Under the pieces are notes generated by a model, which saw only the letters and a list, made by a program, of their open reading frames with translations, had not been told where the DNA came from and did no database searches. This document shows, piece by piece, positions 63,019 to 64,000 of a stretch of DNA of 64,000 bases; the first letter of the stretch is position 1; each line of letters begins with the position of its first letter. The DNA comes from the human T2T-CHM13v2.0 reference genome, Homo sapiens. A program made the translations under genes and the position numbers. The stretch lies in assembly GCF_009914755.1 (NCBI RefSeq), contig NC_060931.1. The stretch is one strand, 5' to 3'.

Positions 63019-63435
63019 CTGAATGGGAGACCCAGCATTGGCCATGGGGGTCCCCCGGAGTCCTGAAACCATCAGACTTGGTGCCTGCAAGTCTGTCCCC
63101 TGGAGTCCCAGGCCCTGGCGAGAGCAGCCCGGGGAGGGGGCCGGAGGCTGGGGCGAAAGAGCCCAACAGAATGGGTTCAAATCTAGGTGTGACATTTCCA
63201 GTGGTGTGACGTCCCTCCCCCTCTCTGGGCTTCTGTGTCCTCATTTGGGAAAGGTAGGGGGTGAGTATTAGATCTCTCAGAACTGAACATGCGTGAATCA
63301 AGCATTTAGTGAGGGGAGACCCTGTCTGGATGGAGAGACGCCACCTGAGTGGTCCACATGGCCTGTGGGGACTGGGGCTTGAGGTGGGGAACCTTCTGCT
63401 CAAGAAAAGCAGGATAGGCCAGGCATGGTGGCTCA

Positions 63436-63999
<564 letters not shown>

Positions 64000-64000
64000 G

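Overview
Human (primate) genomic DNA, very Alu-rich, recognisable as the UBE2D4 locus (chr7p13 from memory). The + strand carries the complete 7-exon UBE2D4 CDS (2833-28996; 444 nt, 147 aa, all introns GT-AG) starting in a CpG island. The - strand from ~37.65 kb to the window end is a duplicated block related to the POLR2J/UPK3BL/RASA4 duplicon. It holds the last three intact exons of a UPK3BL-like gene and seven RASA4-like exons (RASA4 exons 3-5 and 7-10; exons 1, 2, 6 and 11 onward not found). The block ends abruptly inside a truncated ERV1-type LTR. Most notable unexplained structures: (i) a 1.3-kb polyadenylated retrocopy of an unidentified mRNA, with TSDs, nested in an Alu that is itself nested in an old DNA transposon in UBE2D4 intron 1; (ii) an ATG in the RASA4 copy that could open a ~223-aa ORF ending upstream of an LTR poly(A) signal; (iii) an inverted duplication of an Alu flank 13 kb apart and a ~280-bp tandem duplication; (iv) a bidirectional poly(A)-signal cluster in UBE2D4 intron 2. 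No prokaryotic-type systems, CRISPR arrays, tRNA or rRNA genes were seen. Repeat subfamily names and reference protein comparisons are from memory, and repeat boundaries are approximate.
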